From contig JAQUYS010000002.1 in the NCBI GenBank assembly GCA_028691765.1, forward strand, positions 1 to 51,645: a stretch of DNA of 51,645 nt, given 5' to 3'. The translations under genes and the position numbers were made by a program. The DNA is from Candidatus Nanoarchaeia archaeon (GTDB taxonomy: Archaea > Nanobdellota > Nanobdellia > Woesearchaeales > SKGA01). Positions 9,104 to 17,062 of the stretch are shown piece after piece (position 1 is the stretch's first letter; the number at the start of each line of letters is the position of its first letter). The notes under the pieces are model-generated. The model ran no database searches. It was not told where the DNA came from and saw only the letters and a list, made by a program, of their open reading frames with translations.

Positions 9104-10444
9104 TTATGCACCTAATGTCAATGCTTCTTTTAATCTGATTTTTATTGCTTTGTTATTTGGATGTTTTTTTGCCAAATCTAAAAATATTTTTAATGCCAAA
9201 GATTTGTTATTTGTTTTTATGGCTGAAATTCCTTCAAAATAACTTTTGTTTAATTCTTCTAGATTTTCAGTTGTTTGTTTGGGAAGGGATTTTATTTCTT
9301 CAACTTCTTTTATTTCAGGTATTTCTTTGGATTTTTTGAAATTTAATAGAGGATATGTGTTTTTTAATATGTTGTAAACTTTGTGTTTATATTTTTTATA
9401 TCCTGCAATATTTACTAATTCTTTTTTTATTTTGTTGAAAACGCTTTTTGCTTGTTCGTAATCTTTTTTAGTTATTAGAGATTTGAGTAAATTTAAGCGT
9501 TTGTCAATTATTTCTATGACCATGAAATTTTCATCTGGTGAAGAATCTGAAAGAGGAACGTTGGGAGCGGGGTTCTGGTTGCTGCGTTCTGGTTGCTGCG
9601 TTCTGGTTGCTGCGTTCTGGGTTCTGGAGACGGTTGTCAGATTATTTGTTTTATTTTCTTGAGAAAGTTTTTGTTTGAATTGAATATATTTTTCTCCAAA
9701 TTTTTGTTCTAGTTTCTGTTCTAGTTTCTGAATTTCATTCTTGGTATTTTCTTCCATTTCTTTTTTTACTTTTAGCAACATAGTTTCTCTTTCTTGTTTA
9801 TATTTTTCTTGTAAATTTTCATATTCTCTTTCGCTTTCTAATTCAAGTTTTTGTTTAAATTCGAGCATTAATTTTTCTCTTAGTTGTTTTTCTTTTAAAT
9901 CGGGCAAATTTATTGGAAAATTTAAACCTGAAGAAACTGAAAGTATTGGTGAGCCAGACATAACATTTACGGAAGACGACGTGCTGGAGGCAAGGTTCTG
10001 GTTGCTGCGTTCTGGTTGCTGCGTTCTGGTTGCTGGTTGTATTGGTGTTTTGTTTTTAGGTTGATCATCAAATCCTTCAAATCCGCTACTTCCTGATTCA
10101 ACTTCTTTTTCTTCGATTTGTTCATCTTCTAAATTTAAATTATGTTTGTTACAGAAATCTACAAGTTGAGAATACACTTTTTTTATGATTAAATCCATGG
10201 ATGCTCTTTTTGGACTATTTCTTGCTAATTTCCCATAGGCTCGTTTTGCATCTTTATAGATTAATTTTGCTTTTATTAATTCATTGTTTTCAAGAGCGGT
10301 TCTTATTTCTGCTTCATAATCTTTAACTCCAAATACTACTTCTTGACTATCGTAGGGTCTTGTTTTTACTTGAGATAACGAACGTTTAATTTCATCTAAG
10401 AAATTGTTTATGTCTTCTTCCAAAAATTCATTTATTGTAATCAT
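9104..10444 (-). CDS. Hypothetical coiled-coil protein with TPR-like ends and two GC-rich repeat insertions (pilus operon)
   Basis: 446-aa ORF abutting the ATPase start. It has a central Lys/Glu-rich coiled coil and helical-repeat-like termini. ATRTQQPERSNQN occurs twice, encoded by the 14-nt tandem repeats. Confidence 0.6.
   Translation of the reverse strand: MITINEFLEEDINNFLDEIKRSLSQVKTRPYDSQEVVFGVKDYEAEIRTALENNELIKAKLIYKDAKRAYGKLARNSPKRASMDLIIKKVYSQLVDFCNKHNLNLEDEQIEEKEVESGSSGFEGFDDQPKNKTPIQPATRTQQPERSNQNLASSTSSSVNVMSGSPILSVSSGLNFPINLPDLKEKQLREKLMLEFKQKLELESEREYENLQEKYKQERETMLLKVKKEMEENTKNEIQKLEQKLEQKFGEKYIQFKQKLSQENKTNNLTTVSRTQNAATRTQQPERSNQNPAPNVPLSDSSPDENFMVIEIIDKRLNLLKSLITKKDYEQAKSVFNKIKKELVNIAGYKKYKHKVYNILKNTYPLLNFKKSKEIPEIKEVEEIKSLPKQTTENLEELNKSYFEGISAIKTNNKSLALKIFLDLAKKHPNNKAIKIRLKEALTLGA
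9572..9627 (-). repeat. 14-nt tandem repeat gttctggttgctgc x3 plus two partial units (inside CDS 9104..10444)
   Basis: Units at 9572-9585, 9586-9599 and 9600-9613, then gttctgg twice (9614-9627). GC-rich against an AT-rich gene. Minus-strand translation is AATRTQQPERSNQN. Confidence 0.9.
9995..10035 (-). repeat. Second copy of the 14-nt tandem repeat tract (2 full units plus 13 nt)
   Basis: gttctggttgctgc at 9995-10008 and 10009-10022, then gttctggttgctg at 10023-10035. Encodes ATRTQQPERSNQN again. Confidence 0.9.
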
Positions 10445-10876
10445 TTAAGTTGCCATTACTTTTTGAATGTATTTTTTCCATTGTAATTCAACATCTGGAA
10501 TATTTCTTTGTTGTGTTTTACTTACAAAACTAGATTTTACTTGAGATAATATTTCTTTCAAATGATTTCTCCAGTAAATATCTAATTGTTCTTCAGGAAT
10601 TTTCTTTTCTCTACAAGTTTTAAAAAATTCTTCTTTAAAATAATTTAAATCTTCATTTTGATCTTCTTTTTTCTGTTTAATTAAATATATGGATGGTTTT
10701 GTGAAAGAATATTCTATTCCCACAACTTTTTCTTCTACTAAAAAATCAACCCATAATTGTAATGTATTTATAGAAATATCTAAGGATTTTGCTACGTCTT
10801 CTAGAATGTGTTTTTCTCCGTCTTGAAGAAGTCGTATTAAGTCATCTACCCCTGTCTCAACCCTATTGTCTCCCAT
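10445..10876 (-). CDS. Small winged-helix-like protein of the pilus operon (hypothetical)
   Basis: 143 aa. The N-terminal VDDLIRLLQDGEKHILEDVAKSLDISINTLQLWVDFLVEEKVVGIEY has a wHTH-like pattern. Its stop abuts the start of the next gene. Confidence 0.5.
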   Translation of the reverse strand: MGDNRVETGVDDLIRLLQDGEKHILEDVAKSLDISINTLQLWVDFLVEEKVVGIEYSFTKPSIYLIKQKKEDQNEDLNYFKEEFFKTCREKKIPEEQLDIYWRNHLKEILSQVKSSFVSKTQQRNIPDVELQWKKYIQKVMAT

Positions 10877-10932
10877 GAGGGAAAATCTAACTTTTGAGTT
10901 TAAAAAGTTTGCTTACTACTTTCGAATGGTAT

Positions 10933-11949
10933 TTAAGGACAATCGCATCCTAAAAGATTGCAATTACAATCATTTGCGAGAATAATATATTGAGAAGGTA
11001 TGTTCAATTTCACGGCTAGATCGGGTGTGTAGAAAGTCATATCTTCTTGTTCAAAACGTGAATATTTTATTAAAGCTAAATTATCAAAAGAATATGGTAT
11101 GTCTATGGCGTAATCCCAAGTAAAAAAAGATCTTTGTGGTTTATATGGCGCATCTATTCCAACAAAGGAGTTTAGTCCCATTCTTTTTGAAGCATTAAAT
11201 GTTCCGTTAATAAGTTTTCCTTCCATTGAATCTACAAATGAAGGTGCATCAAAATCTATAAATGTGTATTTGTTGTCAATGTAATCTTTTATTAAAGTCA
11301 TGTCTCCATTAAAATCTGATTTTGAGAATAAATCATCCTCTCCGAACTTAATTATTCTTTCGTCTATTCCTTTTTGTTTTGCTATTGGATCAACAACTCC
11401 AACTAAACTAACTTTTTTGGATACGTTAAAATCAATGTGCCAAATCCATGAAGGATCTTTTTCGAAAATTAATTTTATTTTTGTGTTAACATCTAATCTG
11501 TATGGTTCTGTTTGATTTACTTGTACGCTTACAACTCGAGTAGTACATTGACCTCGATATATTTTTGATGCGTCGGTGGCTATGTTTTGTAATATTGTTG
11601 GTAGAGTGAAATTTTTTATTCCGTCAACTGAACAGTTTTGAAAAGTATCTTTATCAATTCCTGATTTTAAGCAATAATTTAATTTATTTAAAAATGTTCC
11701 ATCATCTAAAGGTATATCTTCCATGAAATATTCTATTGCTTCGTATGTGGCTTCTTCTATAGCGATTCCAACATAATATGGAAATAAATCTATGAATGAT
11801 TCCATTTTAATAACACTTGTTTGTTCTATTTTGGATCTTTGATCAAGAGGTACATGAACGTATGCTGAAAATAAAATCACAAATAACAAAGACATCATTA
11901 TTGAAATCATTGAAAAAATTAAAGCTTTATTTTTGAATTTTATTGCCAA
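10933..11949 (-). CDS. Pilin-like/secreted hypothetical protein (N-terminal hydrophobic anchor, Cys-rich C-terminus)
   Basis: MAIKFKNKALIFSMISIMMSLLFVILF shows a basic stretch followed by a hydrophobic helix (class III signal-like). The C-terminus is NDCNCNLLGCDCP. It overlaps the upstream pilin-like gene by 10 nt. Confidence 0.5.
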   Translation of the reverse strand: MAIKFKNKALIFSMISIMMSLLFVILFSAYVHVPLDQRSKIEQTSVIKMESFIDLFPYYVGIAIEEATYEAIEYFMEDIPLDDGTFLNKLNYCLKSGIDKDTFQNCSVDGIKNFTLPTILQNIATDASKIYRGQCTTRVVSVQVNQTEPYRLDVNTKIKLIFEKDPSWIWHIDFNVSKKVSLVGVVDPIAKQKGIDERIIKFGEDDLFSKSDFNGDMTLIKDYIDNKYTFIDFDAPSFVDSMEGKLINGTFNASKRMGLNSFVGIDAPYKPQRSFFTWDYAIDIPYSFDNLALIKYSRFEQEDMTFYTPDLAVKLNIPSQYIILANDCNCNLLGCDCP

Positions 11950-12443
11950 AGTATTACCTCTGTTGTAACTGGTCCTAATGAGTATGTTGTATTGATTAAT
12001 TTATATGTTATTTTTGCATTTGAAATTGCAATTTTAGAAGATTCTTCTTTAAATTGTTTTTGTTCATATACTATTACATCGTCAACTTTATATCTTATGC
12101 CTATGTGGTTGGGGAGTAACATTTCGGAAATACTTTGAACTAATAATGTGGCGCTTTCATTATGTCCGTTGGCCCATAGATAATATACTAATTCGTCCGT
12201 TGTAATTAATGGATCTGGCCATGTTTCAGGATTTTGTTTTAAGATATCTTTGTATTCGTTTGAATAACTATTTACGGGATTTTTGAAAACTATATTTGTA
12301 AATCCTGTTAGTTTTGTTGCTAAAGCATCGTATTCAGGCATTGAAACTTTAAAACTTATTATCATAAATAAAGTTACTAAAAATATAAATGAGGCTATAA
12401 AAACATCGAGTATGAAAAAAAATGAACCTTTTTTGTGTCTCAC
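11940..12443 (-). CDS. Type IV pilin-like protein (class III signal peptide)
   Basis: MRHKKGSFFFILDVFIASFIFLVTLFMIISF shows KKG|S followed by a hydrophobic helix. It is the first gene of the minus-strand operon ending at 5744. Confidence 0.55.
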   Translation of the reverse strand: MRHKKGSFFFILDVFIASFIFLVTLFMIISFKVSMPEYDALATKLTGFTNIVFKNPVNSYSNEYKDILKQNPETWPDPLITTDELVYYLWANGHNESATLLVQSISEMLLPNHIGIRYKVDDVIVYEQKQFKEESSKIAISNAKITYKLINTTYSLGPVTTEVILWQ

Positions 12444-12490
12444 AGCGATTTATCTAGTTCTTTTATTTATTAAGTTTTCTTTATTAAGCT

Positions 12491-12503
12491 AAAGTTTATA
12501 TAT
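12491..12503 (+). promoter_or_regulatory. Candidate TATA box for polB (leaderless-type spacing)
   Basis: aaagtttatatat is centred about 27 nt upstream of ATG 12524. Confidence 0.35.
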
Positions 12504-12523
12504 GTGTCTTTGTGACTAATTTT

Positions 12524-14932
12524 ATGGTTAAAAAATGGTTAAAAGGCATTATAACTGATGTTTCTTATGAGGTTGTAGGAGATAGCCCTTTAATTAATGT
12601 TTTTGGAAGATTGCAGGATGGAAGGTCGTTTAAGTACTTTGAAAAATTCAATCCTTATTTTTTTATTAAAGAAAATGATGTTGAGAAAGCAAATAAAATA
12701 TTAAAAACAGATATTGAGAAAACATCTTTTAAGAATTTTGAAGGCGAACCCGTTGTTAAAATTAATGTGTCTTTGCCTAAAGATGTTCCTTTTTTGAAGA
12801 ATTTATTTGCAGATGAAAATATTTCTTGTTATGAATCAGATATTCCTTTTACTCGTAGATATTTGATTGATAAAGGAATTCAATCAACTATTGAAATTTG
12901 TGGTGTTGAAAACGAAGATGGATTTGTTGATGTTTTCTTTGAAGATTTTCAAATAAAATATTTAAAGCACGACGAGGTTAAAAATAATTTAGAGATTTTG
13001 TCTATCGATATTGAAACGGATCCTAATGCTAAGGAAATTTATGCTGTGAGTTTTTATGGTAAAAATGTTTCTAAAGTTTTTGTTGTTAAAAATGATGCTT
13101 TTGTTAAAGCAAAAATAAAAGATTGTTTTCTTTTTGAAAGTGAAAAAGAATTGTTGGAAGAATTTTATTCTGAGGTTAAAAAAATTGATCCGGACATCAT
13201 TACTGGATGGAATTTAATTGATTTTGATTTGAAGATAATACTTGAAATTTCTAAAAAATATAAGATTCCATTTAAATTGGGTAGAGATAATTCTGAATCT
13301 AATTTAAGAATTGAGTCATCTTTTCTAAAGGATTCTAAAGGTCATGCAAAGGGCAGATCTATATTGGATGGAATTCATCTCATGAAAATTTCTTTTGTTG
13401 ATTTGGACGATTATAAATTAAATACGGCTGCTAAAGAAATTCTTGGAGAGAGTAAAGTTAATACTGCGGATGATAGAACTAAATTCATTCAAGACTCTTA
13501 TCGTAAGGATCCTGAGATTTTTTTTAAATATAATTTAAAGGATTCTCAATTAGTTTATGATATTTTAATCCGTTCCAATGTTTTTGATTTGACTGTTCAA
13601 CGTTCGCTTCTTACTGGAATGTCTATGGATTCTGTTAGTGCAAGCATTGCTTCTTTTGATTCTATTTATCTTCCTAAATTGCACGAAGAAGGTTTTGTGG
13701 CAAATAGTGTTTTTGTTAATGAAGATGTTGAACAAGGTCTTGGTGGATTTGTTATGAAATCTAAACCAGGAATTTATTCTAATCTTTTAGTGTTGGATTT
13801 TAAATCACTATATCCTTCTTTAATTAGAACGTTTGGTATAGATCCTTTTGATTTTGTGGTTAATGATGAGAAATTGAGTTATTCTGTTGGTGTTGGGAGA
13901 GAAGGTTTGAAAAATATTGGAAAATATGGTGATGAAAAAAAATATGTTATTTCTCCCAATGGAACGGTTTTCAAATCAGATCATGGAATTTTACCTAATT
14001 TAATTGGTGCGTTATGGAAGGAAAGGGAGATTGCTCGTAAAAATAAAAATGAATTAGCTAGAGCGGGAATTAAACTTTTAATGAATTCTATGTATGGTGT
14101 GTTGGCTTCACCTAAATCTAGATTTTTTAACAGATTTGTTTCTAACTCCATAACTTATTTTGCACAATTTTTTATTCAAACTGTAATTAATAAAGTTGAA
14201 AGTGAGGGTTATGAGGTTATTTATGGTGATACGGATTCTATCTTTGTAAATTCTAAATTGAAGGATACTGTTAAAGCGGTTGAATTGGGAAGGAAGATTG
14301 AAAAGGATGTAAATTTGTTTTTAAAAGAATATATTTCTAAGAATTATTCTAGGGAGAGTGTGTTGGAAATTGAATTTGAGAAAACTTTTGTTAGGTTTTT
14401 TATGCCAACTATTCGTGGTAAAGAAGAAGGAGCAAAGAAACGTTATGCTGGTTTAAAATTGTTAGATGATAGGTCTACGGTTTTAGATTTTACTGGTTTA
14501 GAGTTTGTTCGTAAGGATTGGACGGAAGTTTCTAAAGAATTTCAATTGAAATTACTTGATTTGGTTTTCCATGATAAGAGTGTTGATGAATTTATTTTTA
14601 AGTTTGTTAAGGATTTGGAAAAAGGTAAATATGATTCTATGTTGGTTTATAAGAAGTCTTTGAGTAAGCCTTTGGATTCGTATACTAAAACTACTCCTCC
14701 ACATGTTAAGGCTGCAAGAATGTTGGATAAAGTTGAAAGTCGTGTGATTGAATATTTGATGACTGAAGATGGTCCTCAACCGATTCAGATGATTAAATCT
14801 AAAATCGATTACAAACATTATATAGATAAGCAAATTAAACCAATCGCTGATTCGGTTTTACAAGTTTTTGGAAAAGATTTTGAAGATATTATGAAAGGAC
14901 ATAAACAAAGTGGTTTAGGAAAGTTCTTTTAA
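12524..14932 (+). CDS. polB: Family B DNA polymerase
   Basis: Exo I LSIDIETD, motif A DFKSLYPSLI, motif B KLLMNSMYG, motif C YGDTDS, and KKRYAG. The ORF track starts at GTG 12512. ATG 12524 fits the TATA spacing better. Confidence 0.95.
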   Translation: MVKKWLKGIITDVSYEVVGDSPLINVFGRLQDGRSFKYFEKFNPYFFIKENDVEKANKILKTDIEKTSFKNFEGEPVVKINVSLPKDVPFLKNLFADENISCYESDIPFTRRYLIDKGIQSTIEICGVENEDGFVDVFFEDFQIKYLKHDEVKNNLEILSIDIETDPNAKEIYAVSFYGKNVSKVFVVKNDAFVKAKIKDCFLFESEKELLEEFYSEVKKIDPDIITGWNLIDFDLKIILEISKKYKIPFKLGRDNSESNLRIESSFLKDSKGHAKGRSILDGIHLMKISFVDLDDYKLNTAAKEILGESKVNTADDRTKFIQDSYRKDPEIFFKYNLKDSQLVYDILIRSNVFDLTVQRSLLTGMSMDSVSASIASFDSIYLPKLHEEGFVANSVFVNEDVEQGLGGFVMKSKPGIYSNLLVLDFKSLYPSLIRTFGIDPFDFVVNDEKLSYSVGVGREGLKNIGKYGDEKKYVISPNGTVFKSDHGILPNLIGALWKEREIARKNKNELARAGIKLLMNSMYGVLASPKSRFFNRFVSNSITYFAQFFIQTVINKVESEGYEVIYGDTDSIFVNSKLKDTVKAVELGRKIEKDVNLFLKEYISKNYSRESVLEIEFEKTFVRFFMPTIRGKEEGAKKRYAGLKLLDDRSTVLDFTGLEFVRKDWTEVSKEFQLKLLDLVFHDKSVDEFIFKFVKDLEKGKYDSMLVYKKSLSKPLDSYTKTTPPHVKAARMLDKVESRVIEYLMTEDGPQPIQMIKSKIDYKHYIDKQIKPIADSVLQVFGKDFEDIMKGHKQSGLGKFF

Positions 14933-15376
14933 ACTCGTCCTTAGATTTTGTATTTCTTTTGGAGATATTGAATTGATTGTATTTTTTATTTCTAAAATGA
15001 AATTAAATAATTCTTCGTAATCGATTTCAACAACTATATTTTTCAAATAATACTGATTATCTGTTCTCAATTTCTTATCTTCAAACAAAATCGAGTATGT
15101 GTTTTTTGGAAAAATATCTTTTAACAATTTTGTTATTTCTATAGTGCAATCATGAATCTCGCACTTTATTCCTAATTTCATCATTAAAGCGTAAACTGCT
15201 AAATATTCTGCATAATATTTTTTTGTGGCTTTCCACATATTGGAGGTTTCATTAGAATTTTTTAAAGAAAATAAAGTTTCTTCTGAACTGGACAAATATT
15301 CTTTTGCTAAATTGTCATTTGGTTTAACTAATTCAATTCCTCTACTTTGTTTTAAACACCAGTTAATTGTAACCAT
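14915..15376 (-). CDS. HEPN-like domain protein (partner of the upstream nucleotidyltransferase)
   Basis: 153-aa all-helical ORF overlapping the MNT gene by 25 nt. W..TKKYYAEYLAVYALMMKLG...H and LRTDNQYY follow the pattern of MNT-associated HEPN proteins. No canonical Rx4-6H was seen. The 3' end overlaps the convergent polB by 18 nt. Confidence 0.55.
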   Translation of the reverse strand: MVTINWCLKQSRGIELVKPNDNLAKEYLSSSEETLFSLKNSNETSNMWKATKKYYAEYLAVYALMMKLGIKCEIHDCTIEITKLLKDIFPKNTYSILFEDKKLRTDNQYYLKNIVVEIDYEELFNFILEIKNTINSISPKEIQNLRTSLKELS

Positions 15377-15906
15377 TTAACAACATCCTCGACACCGTTG
15401 ACAATTATGTGTTGTTTGAAAACTTCATTTTTTAATGCAAGTTTCACATCAGCTAATTGTTTAACATGTATCTGATGAACTGGTTTATTATACTTCTGCT
15501 CAATTTTCCGGAAATCTACCGGTTCTAAAGAAATCATATCTATATCTTTCGCTTTTGAGAAGTTAGTTACGCTTGAACCAAATATAATTAATGGTTTGGA
15601 TGTTAGAGAATGTAAGTCTGAAATTAATTCTTTCAATATTAAATTTTGAGATTGTTTTATTAAAAATTCTTTTTCAACTATAGATAAATAATCTATCTTT
15701 AAGGAGAAATCTTGGTTTAGTTTATATAAGGTAAGTCTTCCTTTGTAAGACATTTTTAGAAATCCTTCTTTTACGAAATGATTTAGATTTAATCTTACAA
15801 CTGTGTGATTTTTATTTAATTGTCTTGAAATATCTAATAAATGTAAGGATTCATTTGTGAAAAGGAAAGGTGTTAAGAAAAACCATTTAGTTATTTTATT
15901 AACCAT
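15352..15906 (-). CDS. Minimal nucleotidyltransferase (MNT) with N-terminal winged-helix domain
   Basis: IIFGSSVTNFSKAKDIDMISL matches the GS-x(9-10)-DxD Pol-beta-type NTase motif. The N-terminal LLDISRQLNKNHTVVRLNLNHFVKEGFL is wHTH-like. Confidence 0.7.
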   Translation of the reverse strand: MVNKITKWFFLTPFLFTNESLHLLDISRQLNKNHTVVRLNLNHFVKEGFLKMSYKGRLTLYKLNQDFSLKIDYLSIVEKEFLIKQSQNLILKELISDLHSLTSKPLIIFGSSVTNFSKAKDIDMISLEPVDFRKIEQKYNKPVHQIHVKQLADVKLALKNEVFKQHIIVNGVEDVVKWLQLTGV

Positions 15907-15986
15907 ATCGTTATATAATTAACTATTAATATATAAATGTTTGTAAAGTATAAAAGAATTAATTATTTATAATTGAACTAAAAAAA

Positions 15987-16490
15987 TTACTTGAAACTTT
16001 CCATATTTAGATAAGATTTCATTTTTTCTTCGAATCTTGTGTAATTCTTTTTTGCTACGTCTGCTGCTCGGTTTATGTAACTTTTGAATACGAATTTATC
16101 AATCATTACTCTTAAAAAATATTGGAATGCTGTTTGTTCAAATGAGTTTTCATAATCTGTTGCTAAGACTACGCTTGTTTCCAAAGTTAAATTTCCTTTG
16201 TGTAAATGCATTGTTTTTCCATCTTTTTCAAATGAAGTTTCTATTAATTTTTCAAAAACAAATTTTGTTTCCCACATTATTTTTGCAAAGTCCGAAAGTT
16301 TTTTATCTCCATTTAAAACGATAATTATTTGTTTGCCGTCTTCATATACTTCTTCTTCATTACGTGATTCAAATGGATCGTATCCATTTTCATCTAGAAA
16401 GTTTTTAACATGTTTATAGACTCCTTTTACAGGAATTAAGCCTGAATATTTTATTTGTTTTTCACCGATTAAAACTTTTGTTTCTGCCAT
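15987..16490 (-). CDS. Hypothetical protein, paralogue of ORF 16492..17043
   Basis: 167 aa with the same pattern as its neighbour, including the C-terminal ...TRFEEKMKSYLNMESFK versus ...TKFHKETKEFLGMECV. No family recognised. Confidence 0.5.
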   Translation of the reverse strand: MAETKVLIGEKQIKYSGLIPVKGVYKHVKNFLDENGYDPFESRNEEEVYEDGKQIIIVLNGDKKLSDFAKIMWETKFVFEKLIETSFEKDGKTMHLHKGNLTLETSVVLATDYENSFEQTAFQYFLRVMIDKFVFKSYINRAADVAKKNYTRFEEKMKSYLNMESFK

Positions 16491-16491
16491 A

Positions 16492-17043
16492 TTAAACGCA
16501 CTCCATTCCTAGGAATTCTTTTGTTTCTTTATGGAATTTGGTAACTAGTTTTTGAATATTTTTCTTACCCCAAACTTTGTTGTCTCCAAAACTTACTCCG
16601 TCTGGATTGTCCATAAACTCTTGTAAGGTTTTTAACATTTTTTGACGAAAAGCAGACGATTTTTTGTCTTCATACATTTCTGCCCAATCTAAATTTACTT
16701 TTCCTTGGAATTTTAATTCCATTTTTCCGCCAGTCATCATCCGTTTTTTATTGTCGATTATAACTTCTTTTTGTTTAACGTCAAATCCGTGGCCTTCAAT
16801 TTCTAAATATATTTTTATGTAGTGGGTAACTTTTAAGTCTCCTTTAAATTTGAATTCCACTTCAGCTCCGTTGCCTCCGTTTTTGAATTTGAATTTAGGT
16901 TCTTGTATGGCCATTCTGGCTCTTCTGTAGAATGATCTTAATAGGGAAATTAAACCGTCATAATCATATTGTCCTCTAAAACGAATTCTTAAAGGTTTGT
17001 CGAAAACTTCTTTCTCTTTTCCCATAAGACAAATTACAGGCAC
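16492..17043 (-). CDS. Hypothetical protein, paralogue of ORF 15987..16490
   Basis: 183-aa ORF separated by 1 nt from the downstream paralogue and by 19 nt from the upstream radical-SAM gene. Confidence 0.5.
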   Translation of the reverse strand: MPVICLMGKEKEVFDKPLRIRFRGQYDYDGLISLLRSFYRRARMAIQEPKFKFKNGGNGAEVEFKFKGDLKVTHYIKIYLEIEGHGFDVKQKEVIIDNKKRMMTGGKMELKFQGKVNLDWAEMYEDKKSSAFRQKMLKTLQEFMDNPDGVSFGDNKVWGKKNIQKLVTKFHKETKEFLGMECV

Positions 17044-17062
17044 ATTTATTTATAAAAGTTAC

